From: Octopus sinensis
Lineage: Eukaryota
Direction of reading: 5' to 3'
Assembly (NCBI RefSeq): GCF_006345805.1
Contig: NC_043006.1
Span: 41,912,001-41,976,000 of the forward strand
DNA length: 64,000 nucleotides
The translations under genes and the position numbers were made by a program. How positions within the stretch are numbered: the stretch's first letter is position 1; the number at the start of each line of letters is the position of its first letter. Positions 23,689-36,800 of this stretch are shown here, piece by piece. Under the pieces are notes generated by a model. It ran no database searches. It saw only the letters and a program-made list of their open reading frames with translations, and was not told where the DNA came from.

Positions 23689-24508
23689 ATGTAGATAGCA
23701 GTAATATCGCCCACCTTGTATATCTCTATAAACTAGTATGACCAAGCTAAAGGCAGCCAAGTCTACTTTCCGATTGTCCCGTATCAAGAACCTCTGCTTC
23801 ACGTCACTATAAGATCAATTACACCAACCCCCTACAACGTGTGGAAAAACGTTTATGTTGTGCAAAATATTTCTTGTGACAATCACGTTACGCTTACAGA
23901 ATGTATAAATATAATAATTAATCAACGTGTATTTTTAACTTTTTGCGTGCAAATTAATTTCTTGTAAGTTCATTAATTGCTTTTAACAGCTGATTGCAAA
24001 CGAGTATGCTGCTCGCGTAACTCACGTCTTAGAAATCTGTTTCAGAGTGTGGTTATGTATATAATAACCTTCAATATAGAAACTGATTAAGCGTGAAGTG
24101 TGAGGAAGACAATCGTGAATATTCCGATGACATGAAATTCAAAGAAGCGTGGTAGAATGGTATACAGGTCATGGAGAAATTCAAATTCTTGCAATATTCA
24201 ATGAAAAGTCTATGTTCTGAAGTGGAATATGTTTTAGTCTTCACTAACTTCGTGATTGATTACTCAAGGAATGATGGATTATCTAATTACCGGACATATT
24301 TGTATCGATTTAGTGATATATTAGTGATTGATTAGAGCCTCAGTTAGTGGTCTCTCCTATCATTAACAATTGGTAAGGGCTCGGCAATATCCTGATGAAT
24401 AACCTGCACAGACGATTTCTTTACACTGACTAAATGTTTGTGCTGTACGTAAGATAATACTCTCCCTCAAATCAACACTCTCCAGATATGCACGCCAAAT
24501 TCATCATA

Positions 24509-24620
24509 GAGCAACGTTGAATGAAGTGTATTGCTCAAGAACATTAAGCATCGACCAGTCTAGGAATCGAAACCACAATATTGGGATCATGAATACAACA
24601 TCCTAACAACTAAGCCACGG
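24509..24620 (-). mobile_element. Old tRNA-SINE head (family C/D-like)
   Basis: GAGCAACG..GAATGAAGTGTATTGCTCAAGAACA...GGAATCGAAACC...CTAACAACTAAGCCACG. Confidence 0.6.
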
Positions 24621-24866
24621 TCTTTTTCTAGAACCGCTAATAGAATGTTTTGCTTTCTTTTCGCTTCTAGCATATAAGAATTGGGTTGTCACAAGAACAT
24701 AGAGGGAACTGTCACACATTTCCAGTACAAGTTACTAAAACTAATTTTGCCGCTGTAGATGAGCATTAAATCAATGTTTGATTCATCTAATATACACTTA
24801 TGACGTACAATTGTTATCCACGTATATTTTGCCACGATGTCCAAATAGCATCTCGGTGTTTGTGAC

Positions 24867-26170
24867 TTAGTTAAGTTAAGTTAATTTTTTGGCTCAAAAA
24901 GCAAAAAGCAAGGCCATGTAGGGGAACATGGAGTTATGTACAGGGTGGTGTTCATGCAAAGAGTTCAGGCCATTTCTGGTCAAGAGAGACTTTGAACCGA
25001 GCAGTCGTCGGCATCTTCACTATCTCGGCCGGCAGCTTATTCCACGGATCCGCAACCCGGACCTCTCCTTCGATTGAGATGAAATCGTCGCAGATAGAGC
25101 TTTTCGAAGTGACCCCGTAGCCGACACTCTGGAGCAGGAGTGAAGAACAGCTCTTTCGAGAGGTTACACTTTCCTCTTATGATGTTGTGAGCAAGAATGA
25201 GATCACCACGTCGTCGTCGTTTTTCTAGAGAATAAAGGTCAAGCGACTTCAGCCTTTCTTCATAAGACAAATGCTTGAGACCAAGAACCATGCGGGTAGC
25301 CAGCTTCTGGACTCTTTCAAGATGATGTATGTCTTTGAGGAGATAAGGAGAAGAGGCTTGAATCCCGTACTCCAATATGGGTCTCACCAGCGTGACATAG
25401 AGCGGTAGGAATATGGCTGCTGTGAGCATTCCGAATGACCGTCAAATCAAAAACAGAACTCTGCGTGCTTTGTTGGCAGCATGGACGCACTGGGCCGAAG
25501 GCGAAAAGGAAGAATCCACCAAGATACCCAGGTCCTTTACCTGGTCGGTCCTCTCCAGAAGCAGACGACCCGGCTCGAAATCAAGTTGAGTTGCAGGAGA
25601 AGAGCCAATAGGCAGATAACTACACTTTGACACGTTCAGACACAGATCCCATTCGTTAGACCATCTCCAAAATTGGTGGAGGCATCGACGAAGATCATCT
25701 ATATCACCGCGAGGAGCGACCAGTTTGACATCATCGGCAAATAGAAAGGTTTTTGCGTGAGGTCGTCGGGCAAGTCATTTATGAAGACTAAGAACAATAA
25801 GGGCCTAAGCACTGAACCTTGAGGCACGCCACTGCTCGCACTGGAGACGTCGGACAGTGAACCATTAACTTGGACTTGGAAGTAGCGATCTGAGAGGAAG
25901 GCACCAACCCATCGTACAATATCTGGATGGAAACTATATGCTTAAATTTGACAAGTAATAGGCGGTGTTTTACCGAGTCAAAAGCTTTGGCAAAGTCCAA
26001 TAAAACGATGTCAACAGCATCACCATCATCCAGGATACGCGTCACAATTTCTTCCATTACCAGTAAGCTGGTCAAGCATGATCTCTTCGGCTCGAAGCCG
26101 TGTTGGGAATCAGAGATAGAGGCTGTGTTGTTAAGATGTTTGTTCTCACAATGGTTAGGTCTTGACAAAG
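24867..26170 (-). mobile_element. 5'-truncated CR1-clade LINE (family distinct from 11056-15702)
   Basis: Minus-strand QHGFEPKRSCLTSLL, LLDFAKAFDSV, VPQGSVLRP, FADD, LGILVD and LYVTLVRPILEYG...YSLEKRRRRGDLI. The 3' tail is (TTAAC)n, seen as TTAGTTAAGTTAAGTTAA at 24867-24884. Confidence 0.92.
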
Positions 26171-26912
26171 CATTTCATTTAACGTTACTTCAGTACACGC
26201 ATTTTAAAATGAATATCATTTGGTACAGGGTGTTCACTTTGGAACAGATTGGTGTCTCGTTCATGGGCAATCTTGTACTCTCAATCTAAAGGCCTTGAAA
26301 ATCCGAAAATATAACGGTATTATGAGCTTGTAGGCGCGAGGTAGACATGTTGACATATTGATTGGATAATTATCATCAAACTGACAACTATTACGATTAT
26401 GTACATTTACAAGTATTTGTAAAATGGGAAGAACTACTTGTATTACAAAGTAATTTAACATTGTAATTACTAATGGAACATAAAAAGCGTTTTTACGGGA
26501 CGGACAGCTAAACTTAATCCAATTTTCGATAAACATTTCGTGGACATTGTTATTTGCTGTGATGTGAGAGGAAATTAAAGTAAGAAACTCTTTAGAGTTC
26601 TAACAATTTAGATATGTATTGCTTTTTTATAACAAAAACATGAATGAATAGACTCCTCTGCCTTTTTTACACTTTAGAATATTAGATTTAGGTAGTAATT
26701 TTAATTTCTCTGAGAAGCCACGATTACGGAGAGTTGCATTACAGCAATGAACTAAACGAAGGTTCCTTTGAAGATAGTGGTGATATGATTTTACTAATGT
26801 TAGGAATTAAATTGTATAAAATATTTGATGAACGGTTAAAATTATTTTTGTTTTTTGCGTGCAAATTAATTTCTTGTAAGCTTACAGAAAGGGTTAAATC
26901 TATTTGTATTTA

Positions 26913-28437
26913 TACTGAACTACAAAAGAAACGCCGCACTGTAAAAGGTTATTTGTTTCACACACAATATTGCAATTATATGGATTTTATCTCATTTTGT
27001 TGGTATTTTGACATCAGGGAGATGTCAGTGACCCACAACGCAACTCTCTTTTGAAAACACTAGGATTGCCTGTAGGATTCGAACTCGTGAACACGGTAAT
27101 GCTTGCGAACACATTTTTATGAAAAGCATGACGCATGTGCAAAATACTGTCTCGTTGAGTATAAAAGGCACCCAATCTGTCATTCGTCTTCCGAACGGAG
27201 CAAGTATACCAAGGCTCAGACGAAATCAGAGAGAGCAAGCCATCGGATGTCTCCATGCTGGTAAACATACATCAGTCATTGCTAATGACTTGAACTGAAG
27301 TATTTGGACAGCTGAGCGGCTGAAGGAACGATACAATGCCAAAAACAGCATGGATGATCATCCACGCAGTGGCCGCCCAAGGGTTACAACGGTACGTCAA
27401 GATCTCCACCTACACCGACAGCACTTGCAGGACCGATTCCGGAGGGCAACGGAATCAGCAAGGCAGACCATAGGGACTCACCACAGACGCATTTGTGCGA
27501 AGACAGTTCGTCGTCGGCTGAGATTTTCAATCTGTCTCGTCAACGTCCGGCTAGGGACCCCATCCTTACAGATCGTCACCGACGGGCAAGTCTGCAGTGA
27601 GCTGAAAAATGTGAGGATTGGTGATATCAGCAGTGGAGGACTGTAGTCTTCTCTAACGAAAGTCGATATTACATTTTGTGTGGCAGATGGCAGAGCTCAG
27701 GCTTGGAGAAAAACGGTGAACGTCATACCGATGGCTGTGTGGTGGCGAGAGACTTATGGGGAGGACAGGGCATCATGGTGTGGAACAGGATTACACTCAA
27801 CCAGAAACTTGGACCGGTGGTCTTCCAAATTATCGACTAAGGCCGTGCCAATGGATTAACCACTGCTCGCTACTTCGACCAAGTGTTGAGGCCTCACATT
27901 GTATCATACTTTGGCTGTCATCGGAATCATGTGTTCCAACACGACAACGGCCGTGCCCATACTGCCAGGTTAACAACAGACTTCCTCCAATAGCACAACA
28001 TCAAGACACTGCCTAAGCTTGCCTTAAGTCCTAACTTGAGCCCCATAGAGCACCTGTAGGACGAAATACAAAGAAGGCTAAATGACATCCGTCTAAAGGC
28101 CGACAACTGCGGCACAACTCACTGCAAGTTTTAACAGAGTGTGGACTGCTATCCCCATGGCCTTCATTAATCGTTTGGTGCATTTAATCTGCAGTAGATG
28201 CCAGGCGGTAATCAACGCTAATGGTGGTCACACAAGATATTGAGTTCATCTCTTTGGAACCAGGACACTCCGTCATCATATGACACCATATGCCGTCAAA
28301 CATCTTTTAAGAAATGACGTATTATCGTTAAGAAAGAACACTTTCTTAAATAGCATTTTCTAACAATGCTATGGCAGTCTGTTAATAAGCCGATTTCTAT
28401 TTAGTGTGTGTGCGAAGTTTTTTTGTGGTTCAGCTTA
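26913..28437 (+). mobile_element. Full-length decayed Tc1-family DNA transposon
   Basis: TA|TACTGAACTACAAAAGAAACGCCGCAC on the left and an imperfect inverted copy GTGCGAAGTTTTTTTGTGGTTCAGCTTA|TA on the right. The internal transposase remnant supports the call. Confidence 0.8.
27206..28243 (+). pseudogene. Tc1 DD34E transposase pseudogene
   Basis: The start is mutated to ATA. Reads PRLRRNQREQAIG, RSGRPRVTT, KTVRRRLR, VFSNESR (first D to N), FQHDNGRAH, SPNLSPIEHL*DE and NGGHTRY*, with several stops and frameshifts. Confidence 0.88.
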
Positions 28438-28749
28438 TATTGCAAATAATTTGCAGACCACTACATACAGTAAAGCTGGTATTCAACAGTGGTACAAAAG
28501 CCTATTTCACTAAATAGATTAATGCCCTCTTTTCCAAATTTAACAACTCCATTTGTATTTACTGAATATGTGATTTATAGTCTCACGGTCAGCCTAAGAG
28601 TTTTTTTAAAATCTTAAGTGACTTTTTACCTCAATGTTTACACACTATTATTTATAGTTTTACGAGTTCCACCAATAAAAACAAAGTAATTCACGCCTTT
28701 TTAATGTTTCTTATGGGATAAACAATATATATATACATATATATATACA

Positions 28750-28822
<73 letters not shown>

Positions 28823-28943
28823 ATTATATATATATATATACATATATATATATACTTATATATATATATACACATATATATATATACTTATATATATATA
28901 TACAATATATATATATACTTATATATATATATATAATATATAT

Positions 28944-28975
<32 letters not shown>

Positions 28976-29017
28976 CATATATATATACATATATATATAT
29001 ATACACATATATACATA

Positions 29018-30311
29018 CGAGGGGCGTTCAATAAGTAATGCCTCTGGCCCACTTCCCATAGCAGTAGAGCAACGAAACTTGGCACAGTTATTAGTTTTTT
29101 TTACATAGGAACCACCCAGAGTTACGCATTTGTCCCATCGTTTGATGCAGCTCTGGAGACCGTTTTTGTAGAAGACCCCAGCTTGGTCCTCCAACCACGA
29201 CGTAACTTCAGAAATCAAGGCTGCATCATCTGGGGAGCGCTTTCCTTTCAAAAACAACTTCATGACTGGGAAGAGGTGAAAATCAGAGGGTGCAAGGTCA
29301 GGAGAGTTGGGGGGATGGTGGAGGAGTTCATAGCCGCACGCCTGTGCTTCTGATCTTGCGACACCCGAGTTGTGAACCGGAGCGTTGTCCGGCAGGAGGA
29401 GGATGCCTTTGCTGATCTTGCCCCGCCTCTTTATTTTGATAGTTTCTCTTAATTTCCTCAAAAGTGAAGCATAATAGGCTCCTGTAATTGCGGTACCCTT
29501 TGCCAGGAAATCTGTCATCACTACTCCGTCCTGATCCCAGAAGACTGTGAGCATGTCCTTGCCAGCGGAGGGCTGCACTCTTGCCTTCTTTGGAGGAGGT
29601 GAGTCAGGGTGCTTCCACTGCATTGATTGGGCTTTGGTCTCTGGATCATAGTGATTGACTCAGGTTTCATCCTGTGTAATCAGTCTTTTGAAAAATTTTG
29701 ATTCATCTTATTGGCACATCTCCAAATTCATCCTCGAGCAATCGACGCGTTCTTGCTTCTGGAAAGGTGTGAGCAACCTGGGAATCCATCTGGCAGACAC
29801 CTTTTGCATATGCAAATGGTCATGAATGATAGTTTCCACAGACTCGGTACTAATCTTGACCTCATGGGCTATTTGGCGAATAGTTATGCGTCGATCTTCC
29901 AGAATGGCAGCCTCAACCTGACGGACAGATGCCTCATCAATGGCAGAAGGTGGGGGTGACCAGATCTAGGAGCTGTTTCCACAGAGTTCCGACCATGTTT
30001 GAATTCATGATGCCAGCGTTTTACAAGGTCATGTGATGGGGCATCATCACCATAAGTTACTTTCATTTCATCAAAAGTCTCCCGTGGTGTGCGTCCTTTC
30101 AAATACAAAAACCGGATCACTGCTCGAAACTCAACAGGCTCCATTTCACACTTGACTCAGTTCAAACACCTGTAAATCAGAAAACACAATTAGTTCAGAA
30201 CTGTAATTTGCCACTTAATCTATGGAGATATAAATAATTGCACATGCAAAATTTCAGCTAGATCAAACAACTGCAAGTGTGTCAGGGGCATTACTTATTG
30301 AACGTCCCCCG
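29018..30311 (-). mobile_element. Full-length (1294 bp) mariner element, irritans-like, inserted in a TA microsatellite
   Basis: TIRs TA|CGAGGGGCGTTCAATAAGTAATGCC and GGCATTACTTATTGAACGTCCCCCG|TG. Confidence 0.92.
29090..30144 (-). pseudogene. mariner DD34D transposase pseudogene
   Basis: MEPVEFRAVIRFL, APRSGHP, RWIP, TQDET*VNHYDPE (TGG to TGA), DNAPVH and SPDLAPSDFHLF. It has at least two stops and frameshifts. Confidence 0.92.
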
Positions 30312-30315
30312 TGTG

Positions 30316-30350
<35 letters not shown>

Positions 30351-30352
30351 AT

Positions 30353-30476
<124 letters not shown>

Positions 30477-31544
30477 CTATACGTATCTAAGAAAAATGTT
30501 ATGCTATACATCTTCCCTTTTGTGTTTAATAATTCCACATAGATCAGAAAAAATTAAAACTAAGAAAAGCAAATTGTTTGACATTATTTTGAGCAGAAAG
30601 CCTAAGTTCAACTATACAAGATCACAGAAATAAACGTTGTAGATATCTGGCGTAAAACATTTCTCTAATAAGCGGACTTTATAGAGACTACGGACTTCAG
30701 TACAATATGTATAGACCAGCCAGGTTTAGGAAAGATATGATTAAAGTAGTTAGTGAGGCAGGCTTAATTATTAAATGTATACAATATTACTGTAATTAAT
30801 GTTTTATTTCCTTTAACGTGTATATCTAAGTTTAGATACAAATATATTTAGTCGTTACCATAAAACTAGAAAATATTTCAAAGAAATGCGATGAGTAGTT
30901 TCAACTGCTCATCACATGTTTTATGTAATTTCATTTCTAACATTAATCATTATATGAATTTCTATCTCATTATAACGCACCGGCGTTATAATAGTCGTTT
31001 CTCAGACAGAATAGAATATGTACGGAGATCTAATACTTCAAAGCTTAAAAATAGGCAATGGAAAATATTTTCTGTTATGAAAAAGATTATTGTTTAAATG
31101 AGACAAGAAGCGTCTACAAAGAGTATTTTGATTTAATTTCCATTCACACACCAGTGGACGACAAATAATATAGACTTTTACTGAAATTCAATTTTAGTCA
31201 TATTTCTAGTAAAAACTATTCAATTGCCGAGTAATATACACACATATACACACACACACACATACACATACACACAAACATACATACATACTAACATACA
31301 TGCATGCAAACATAAGTACGTATATACCTACATGCATACACGCATTCATACATGCAAACATAAGTACGTATATACCTACATGCATACACGCATTCATACA
31401 TATATACATATTAACATACATGCATACATAAATACGAACATACATGCATGCATGGATACATACATACACACAAACATACATGCACGCAGACATAAATACA
31501 TATATACATACATGCATGCATACATACATTCATAAATACATACC

Positions 31545-31915
31545 TGCCTACATACATACATACATACATACATACATACATACATACATACATACATACA
31601 TACATACATACATAGTGGGTGGTTGTCTACTCCTTATGCAGAGTTTGACTACCTCCTGTACCTACACCTTAGAACCATCATGGCATCTGATATATAGCTT
31701 TTTAAACAAGACGATGTTTTGAAAAGACACATCTACATAGATTGCATATCTGATTTGGACCACCAAGACCTGCAGATAAGTTCTGCTCGTAGTCGATCTT
31801 AAAATGTCTTTTGAAGACTCCGTTGGATCTGCAAACCTTCTGGCATACATCGCATTGAAAAGTGTGCACATATATATAGGCAGAATAGTTGGTGGAGGTT
31901 CATTTTCCATGGGTT
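31545..31915 (-). mobile_element. 3' end of a retroelement (RTE-like) with two degenerate C2H2 fingers and a (TATG)n tail
   Basis: Minus-strand FQCDVCQKVCRSNGVFKRHFKID is C-x2-C-x12-H-x3-D (31854-31792, GAC one change from CAC). A second finger ICNLCRCVF..KTSSCLKSY-IRCH needs two frameshifts. It is followed by (TATG)n. Confidence 0.5.
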
Positions 31916-31918
31916 CAC

Positions 31919-31984
<66 letters not shown>

Positions 31985-32320
31985 TATAGCTAAGAAATAC
32001 ATACATACACACATACATATATACATACATACATACACACATACATATATACATACATACATATACACATACATATATACATACATACATACATACACAC
32101 ATACATATACATACATACACACATACATACATATACATACATATATACATACACACATATATACATACACACATACATATATACGCACATACATACATAC
32201 ATGCATACATACATACATACATACATATATACATACATACATACATACATGCATACATACATACATACATACATACATACATACATACATACATACATAC
32301 ATACATACATACATACATAC

Positions 32321-32540
32321 ACCAGGCAGTGGCTCTCATGACTTCTAATCTCAATTGAAACATTTTAACTAAAGTGTTAACATACATGTTTTGTAACAGA
32401 TGCGCGACATCAAATATTCTGCTCAATACCACTGATTTGTTTGTCGACACCGGTGGAGTTTCAACGCAGAACGTAGAGACGGACGGCATGCTGCTAATCA
32501 TTTCGCCCGGCATGCTAACGATTCTGCCAGTTCGCCGGTT
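32321..32540. mobile_element. Fragment of the ACCAGGCAGTGG repeat family (32321-32445) joined to a SINE B head (32446-32540, minus)
   Basis: ACCAGGCAGTGGCTCTCATG...CAAATATTCTGCTCAATACC matches 43789 onward. CATTTCGCCCGGCATGCTAACGATTCTGCCAG matches family B. Confidence 0.75.
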
Positions 32541-32544
32541 TAAC

Positions 32545-32559
32545 AACAACAACAACAAC

Positions 32560-32598
<39 letters not shown>

Positions 32599-32746
32599 CC
32601 TTTCTACTATAGCCACGAAGTCTGAATTTGGTGTGGGGTACTTAATTTATCAACTCTGAAAGTCGATACCGATGGAATTTGGACTCTGCCAGCTCATCGC
32701 CGTAGCAACAACAACAACAATAATAATAGTAATAATAATAATAATG

Positions 32747-32800
<54 letters not shown>

Positions 32801-32834
32801 TAATAATAATTAATTATTATTATTATTATTATTA

Positions 32835-32874
<40 letters not shown>

Positions 32875-32893
32875 ATTATTATTATTATTATTA

Positions 32894-32925
<32 letters not shown>
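32545..32925. repeat. (AAC)n/(AAT)n then (TTA)n trinucleotide tracts
   Basis: Direct reading. The AAT run switches to its reverse complement at about 32810. Confidence 0.95.
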
Positions 32926-32926
<1 letters not shown>

Positions 32927-33062
32927 CGACCATAGTGATTCTGAACACTAAATATACCGATGTCTTAATAAGACGCTGTGCGACTTTAGCCAACCCTATT
33001 ACACTCACAAAAACAAGAAATGTTTCTGATTTGTTATCCTATACATCAATGACGATCATATC

Positions 33063-33104
<42 letters not shown>

Positions 33105-34359
33105 GAATATATGGTTTGTAACAGTTAGCTTCAATCTTCTACATTTCAACTCTCACCAATGTATAATTTATCTTTAATCGATTTGGAATCATGGCAGAAT
33201 ATAACAACGATACACTGAGTCGATACCGTTGATATCAAGTCATTGCCTTCGAAACATGAGTTTTCGACGGAAATTTATTTCCACTTTTTAACGTGATAAC
33301 ATCGCTAGAAATTCAGATAGGCATCTAAAGGAATGAAAACCTCATTGTAGATTTAATTTGAGGATAAATTCAATTTATATGTGGCGCTACGTCGCAAGGA
33401 AAAGAAAGGAAACCATAGTTCAGATTCCATTTATTAGTCAAGTTGGTAATTTGAATAGAAATCAACATCTGTTGTTGCTTTTTAAGAAGAGATAATAGCA
33501 ATACATTTTAACACTATGCTCAGTTTTAGTACAGAACGTCTACTGTCACACGTCTTTGCTTTCAGGGTAATAATGTCGTTGGCCGCTACTTTTAGGAAGT
33601 CAACACAACTGGCATCATTTAATGTACTGATGGTTTACTTTACTTCTCACCAATGAATATTTAGTCTTGAGTCAATATGATAAATCAATATTTGAATGCA
33701 GCAAGATAAAACTTAAATAATTCCCTATATATTTCTACAAAGGTGTTTTATTGTCTGTAAGTTCGTATAACTTGAAATAAATTTTCTCGGTATTTTCTGG
33801 ACACATCTGCTACTGTTAATGAGAGAATGTTACTTGGATACGATTAAAGACACTTTGGCAATACATAGACTATATAACAAACGAAGTTACATTGATAAAT
33901 CTTAACGAAAGAATTAAAATGCAAAACTGATTTTCTTTGCTTTCTCCGTGCCAAATAATAAAGTTTCTTATCGTCAGAAGCTAAAGACACTCATTGAAAA
34001 TCAAATATTTGGAAACAAGCCATAGTGGAATAATATAATTTGGGTTAAATTCTATATTTTAAAAATATTTGCTAAACTGCTGTATTTGCTGTCTGGGACC
34101 GCATACTGTGAAGTGGTTTTTTGCTATGTGTATTTATGAAATCGCAATGATTAGTATAATATAAAGCAAATAAGAGTGCATCTATGTACAACTCATATAA
34201 CCTATTAACATGACGTCACATTCAATTAAATTCATACGCCGTGTAAACTGACAACATATGTCAGGTTAACAAGTCATAACCCAAAGATAAAAGTCACTGA
34301 TATTATGCTAACTGGGTGATGTTTTTTCTGTTAATACATACATTAGAACACGTCAAATC

Positions 34360-35250
34360 CGGCTATTTGTAATCCGGTTTCAGCAATGCCATCGATGTAA
34401 AATTTCGTATGAGAGTGAAAAATTGCTTTTGTGTGTATCGGGTGTGCAGTGTTTCGTTTCTTCCTTTATAATTTTGTTGTTGTTGTTTGCACAATGATTT
34501 CTCCAGTAAATAGAATGCTTCTTATTGGAAACAGTAGAAAGACTATAGGTAATCCAGACAGTAGGATATAACCCCTCAGACAAACGCTTAACTATTACTT
34601 TTATGCAAATTTCATGGAACATATTTCTGGTTGCGTTATTCTAATTATACAAATTAGGGAGTTACTTTAACTCCATGGGAAGACAGCTAAGTTGTTATTT
34701 ATGTGATAGCAACACACATATATAATAATATTCCATTATTGATGTACAGGCCAGTAGCTGATGGACATATGTTTACTAACTGGTCAATCGATTCTCTAAA
34801 TTGTAGCAGTTCTGATTTCAAATTTTATTAGAATTGATAAAATAGCTGGCGATTCAATGTAATGGTGTCTGTTCAAATGTTTAATTTTATCAGACGCCTT
34901 TTATTTCTGTTTGGTCTGCATAGAAATATTTGAATCCTCTTATCTTCTGCTATAAATCTGCTCTATCAGAAATAACTAATGCTAACAAACAGTAGAAACA
35001 GGAGTCTGAAATAAAGAGAAACACACTATCAGTCAATATTTATACTGCATATACCATATCCAATTAACGAAAAATTCATAGAAATATTTGAAGATAATAA
35101 GAAGAATGTTGGCGTGTTTTCTCATAATACTTGCAATTGTATCGTCTACAAAATAAACCATTCTTTGATCATGAAGCAAACTTTCTGAGAAACTGCCAAA
35201 TTGTATCGTACTTTATTCTCCATATCTCCCGTTGTCTTTTTTATGTTATG
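34360..35250 (-). pseudogene. Very old LINE reverse-transcriptase remnant (RTE/L2-like)
   Basis: Scattered minus-strand peptides ICIKVIVKRLSEGL, TGEIIVQ, KAIF..GIAE and FRESIDQLVN resemble conserved RT blocks in the expected order, but it is heavily decayed. Confidence 0.3.
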
Positions 35251-35418
35251 AAGAGGAGATACAGAGAAAGAAATGTAGGAAGGGAAAAAGAGCAGGGATA
35301 GAGAGCGAATAAGGAACCGAGCATATAGCTAGAAAGTGGTAGAGATAAACATAAAAATTGTTATATATGTGGGCGTGAATATGAGTATATACATACATGC
35401 ACACACAAAGAGAGATAG

Positions 35419-35513
<95 letters not shown>

Positions 35514-35800
35514 AGTGCGTTTGTTGTGGTGTATTAGTGTGCTTTATGTATTGTGCTATGAGGTAGAATGGTACAAGTCGCTTCACTTAGGCCGCTAACT
35601 CTCCTCAATTAGGCACGAACTTCATAAATCATGTCTCATCTAACAAACAAATTGAGACCATACGCTAAATTTAGAAATAAATATTCTTTTAGATAACCGT
35701 TTTAGCCGGTTGTAAAATTAATGTTGCTAATAACTTTGGAAAATATATTTCCTTACCATTCTTCGAATAGGTAACTTGCATCTGGCACTAATCATCATAA

Positions 35801-36690
35801 ACGCAGACATGGCTATATGGTTAAGTAGATAGCATGCGACCACGCGTCTTTGGGTTCAGTTCTTCAGCGTGATACTTTGGTCAAACGTTTTCAACAATAG
35901 ATTCGGGCCGACTAATGTGTTGTGCGTGCATTTGGTAGATGGAAACTTTTGAAAATTTGCCATACATATATATTGAAGAGCGGAGGCTCGAAACGTCAAA
36001 GACTTTCTCACTTTCTCCAGTGTCAAACTTATACACCTACTTGTCGTTCATACACCTGTCTTCGTCGTTTGTTTTTCTGTAAATTTCAACTATATATATA
36101 TTTGTATATATAAATATATATATATATATATATCGACGTTTGTAGTGTGTCCTTGTGCCTGTGTTTGTTTCTTCCACCGCTTCACAGCCGGTATCGGTTT
36201 GTTTACGTACTCGTAACTTGATCTTTCTCCAAAGAAACCGTTACAATGGGCACTAGACATACCTACAATATAAGAATTCAATAAGTAGTGAGGTCGGTCT
36301 GTTCAACTTTAAGCACTTCTCGAGACAGTGTCCCAGCATGGCCACAGTAAGAAGCTTGCTTCCCAACCACATGATTCCGAGTTCAGTCCCACTGGGTGGC
36401 ACTCTGGACAGTGGATTTAGACGGAAACTGAAAGAAGTTCATCGTATGGTGTGTGTGTGTGAATGTGTGTGTCTTTATGGCTGTTTGTCGCCCACCCCAT
36501 TATCGCTTGACAATAGACGTTGGTGTATATACGTATCCGTAACTAAGCGGTTCGGCAAAACAAGCGATAGAGGAAGTATTAGGCTTACAAAGAATATTCT
36601 GGGATCGATTTGTTCCACTATAAAACACTTTATAGCGATACTCCAGCATGGCCGCAATCAAATGATGGAAACAAGTAGAAGTACAGTGGC
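35801..36690 (+). mobile_element. Two diverged SINE family A copies, the first interrupted by the 35973-36090 element
   Basis: GGCTATATGGTTAAG..GGGTTCAGTT, GGTAGATGGAAACT, CCAGCATGGCCACAGT, GAGTTCAGTCCCACTG and AAATGATGGAAACAAGTAGAAG. Confidence 0.75.
35973..36090 (+). repeat. Short repeat starting with a truncated hammerhead-like motif (inverse copy at 39966-40145)
   Basis: TTGAA-GAGC(GGAG)GCTC-GAAA-CG-TC-AAAG, then ACTTTCT...TCAAACT.ATACACCT..TTGT.GTT.A.ACACC.GTC.TCGTC, ending in TA repeats. Confidence 0.6.
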
Positions 36691-36800
36691 TATTAGAGCT
36701 GTTGAAACAGGGTATGCTATGAGTCTTCGGGAAGAAAGTAAATTTGTAAAGGGGTACCACCAGAAAGTATTATTTTCTCTAGCATTCTTACAAGTGTGTT

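Noticed and set aside
24392-24398. CTGATGA hammerhead core
   Set aside because: There is no downstream stem II, GAAA or UH.
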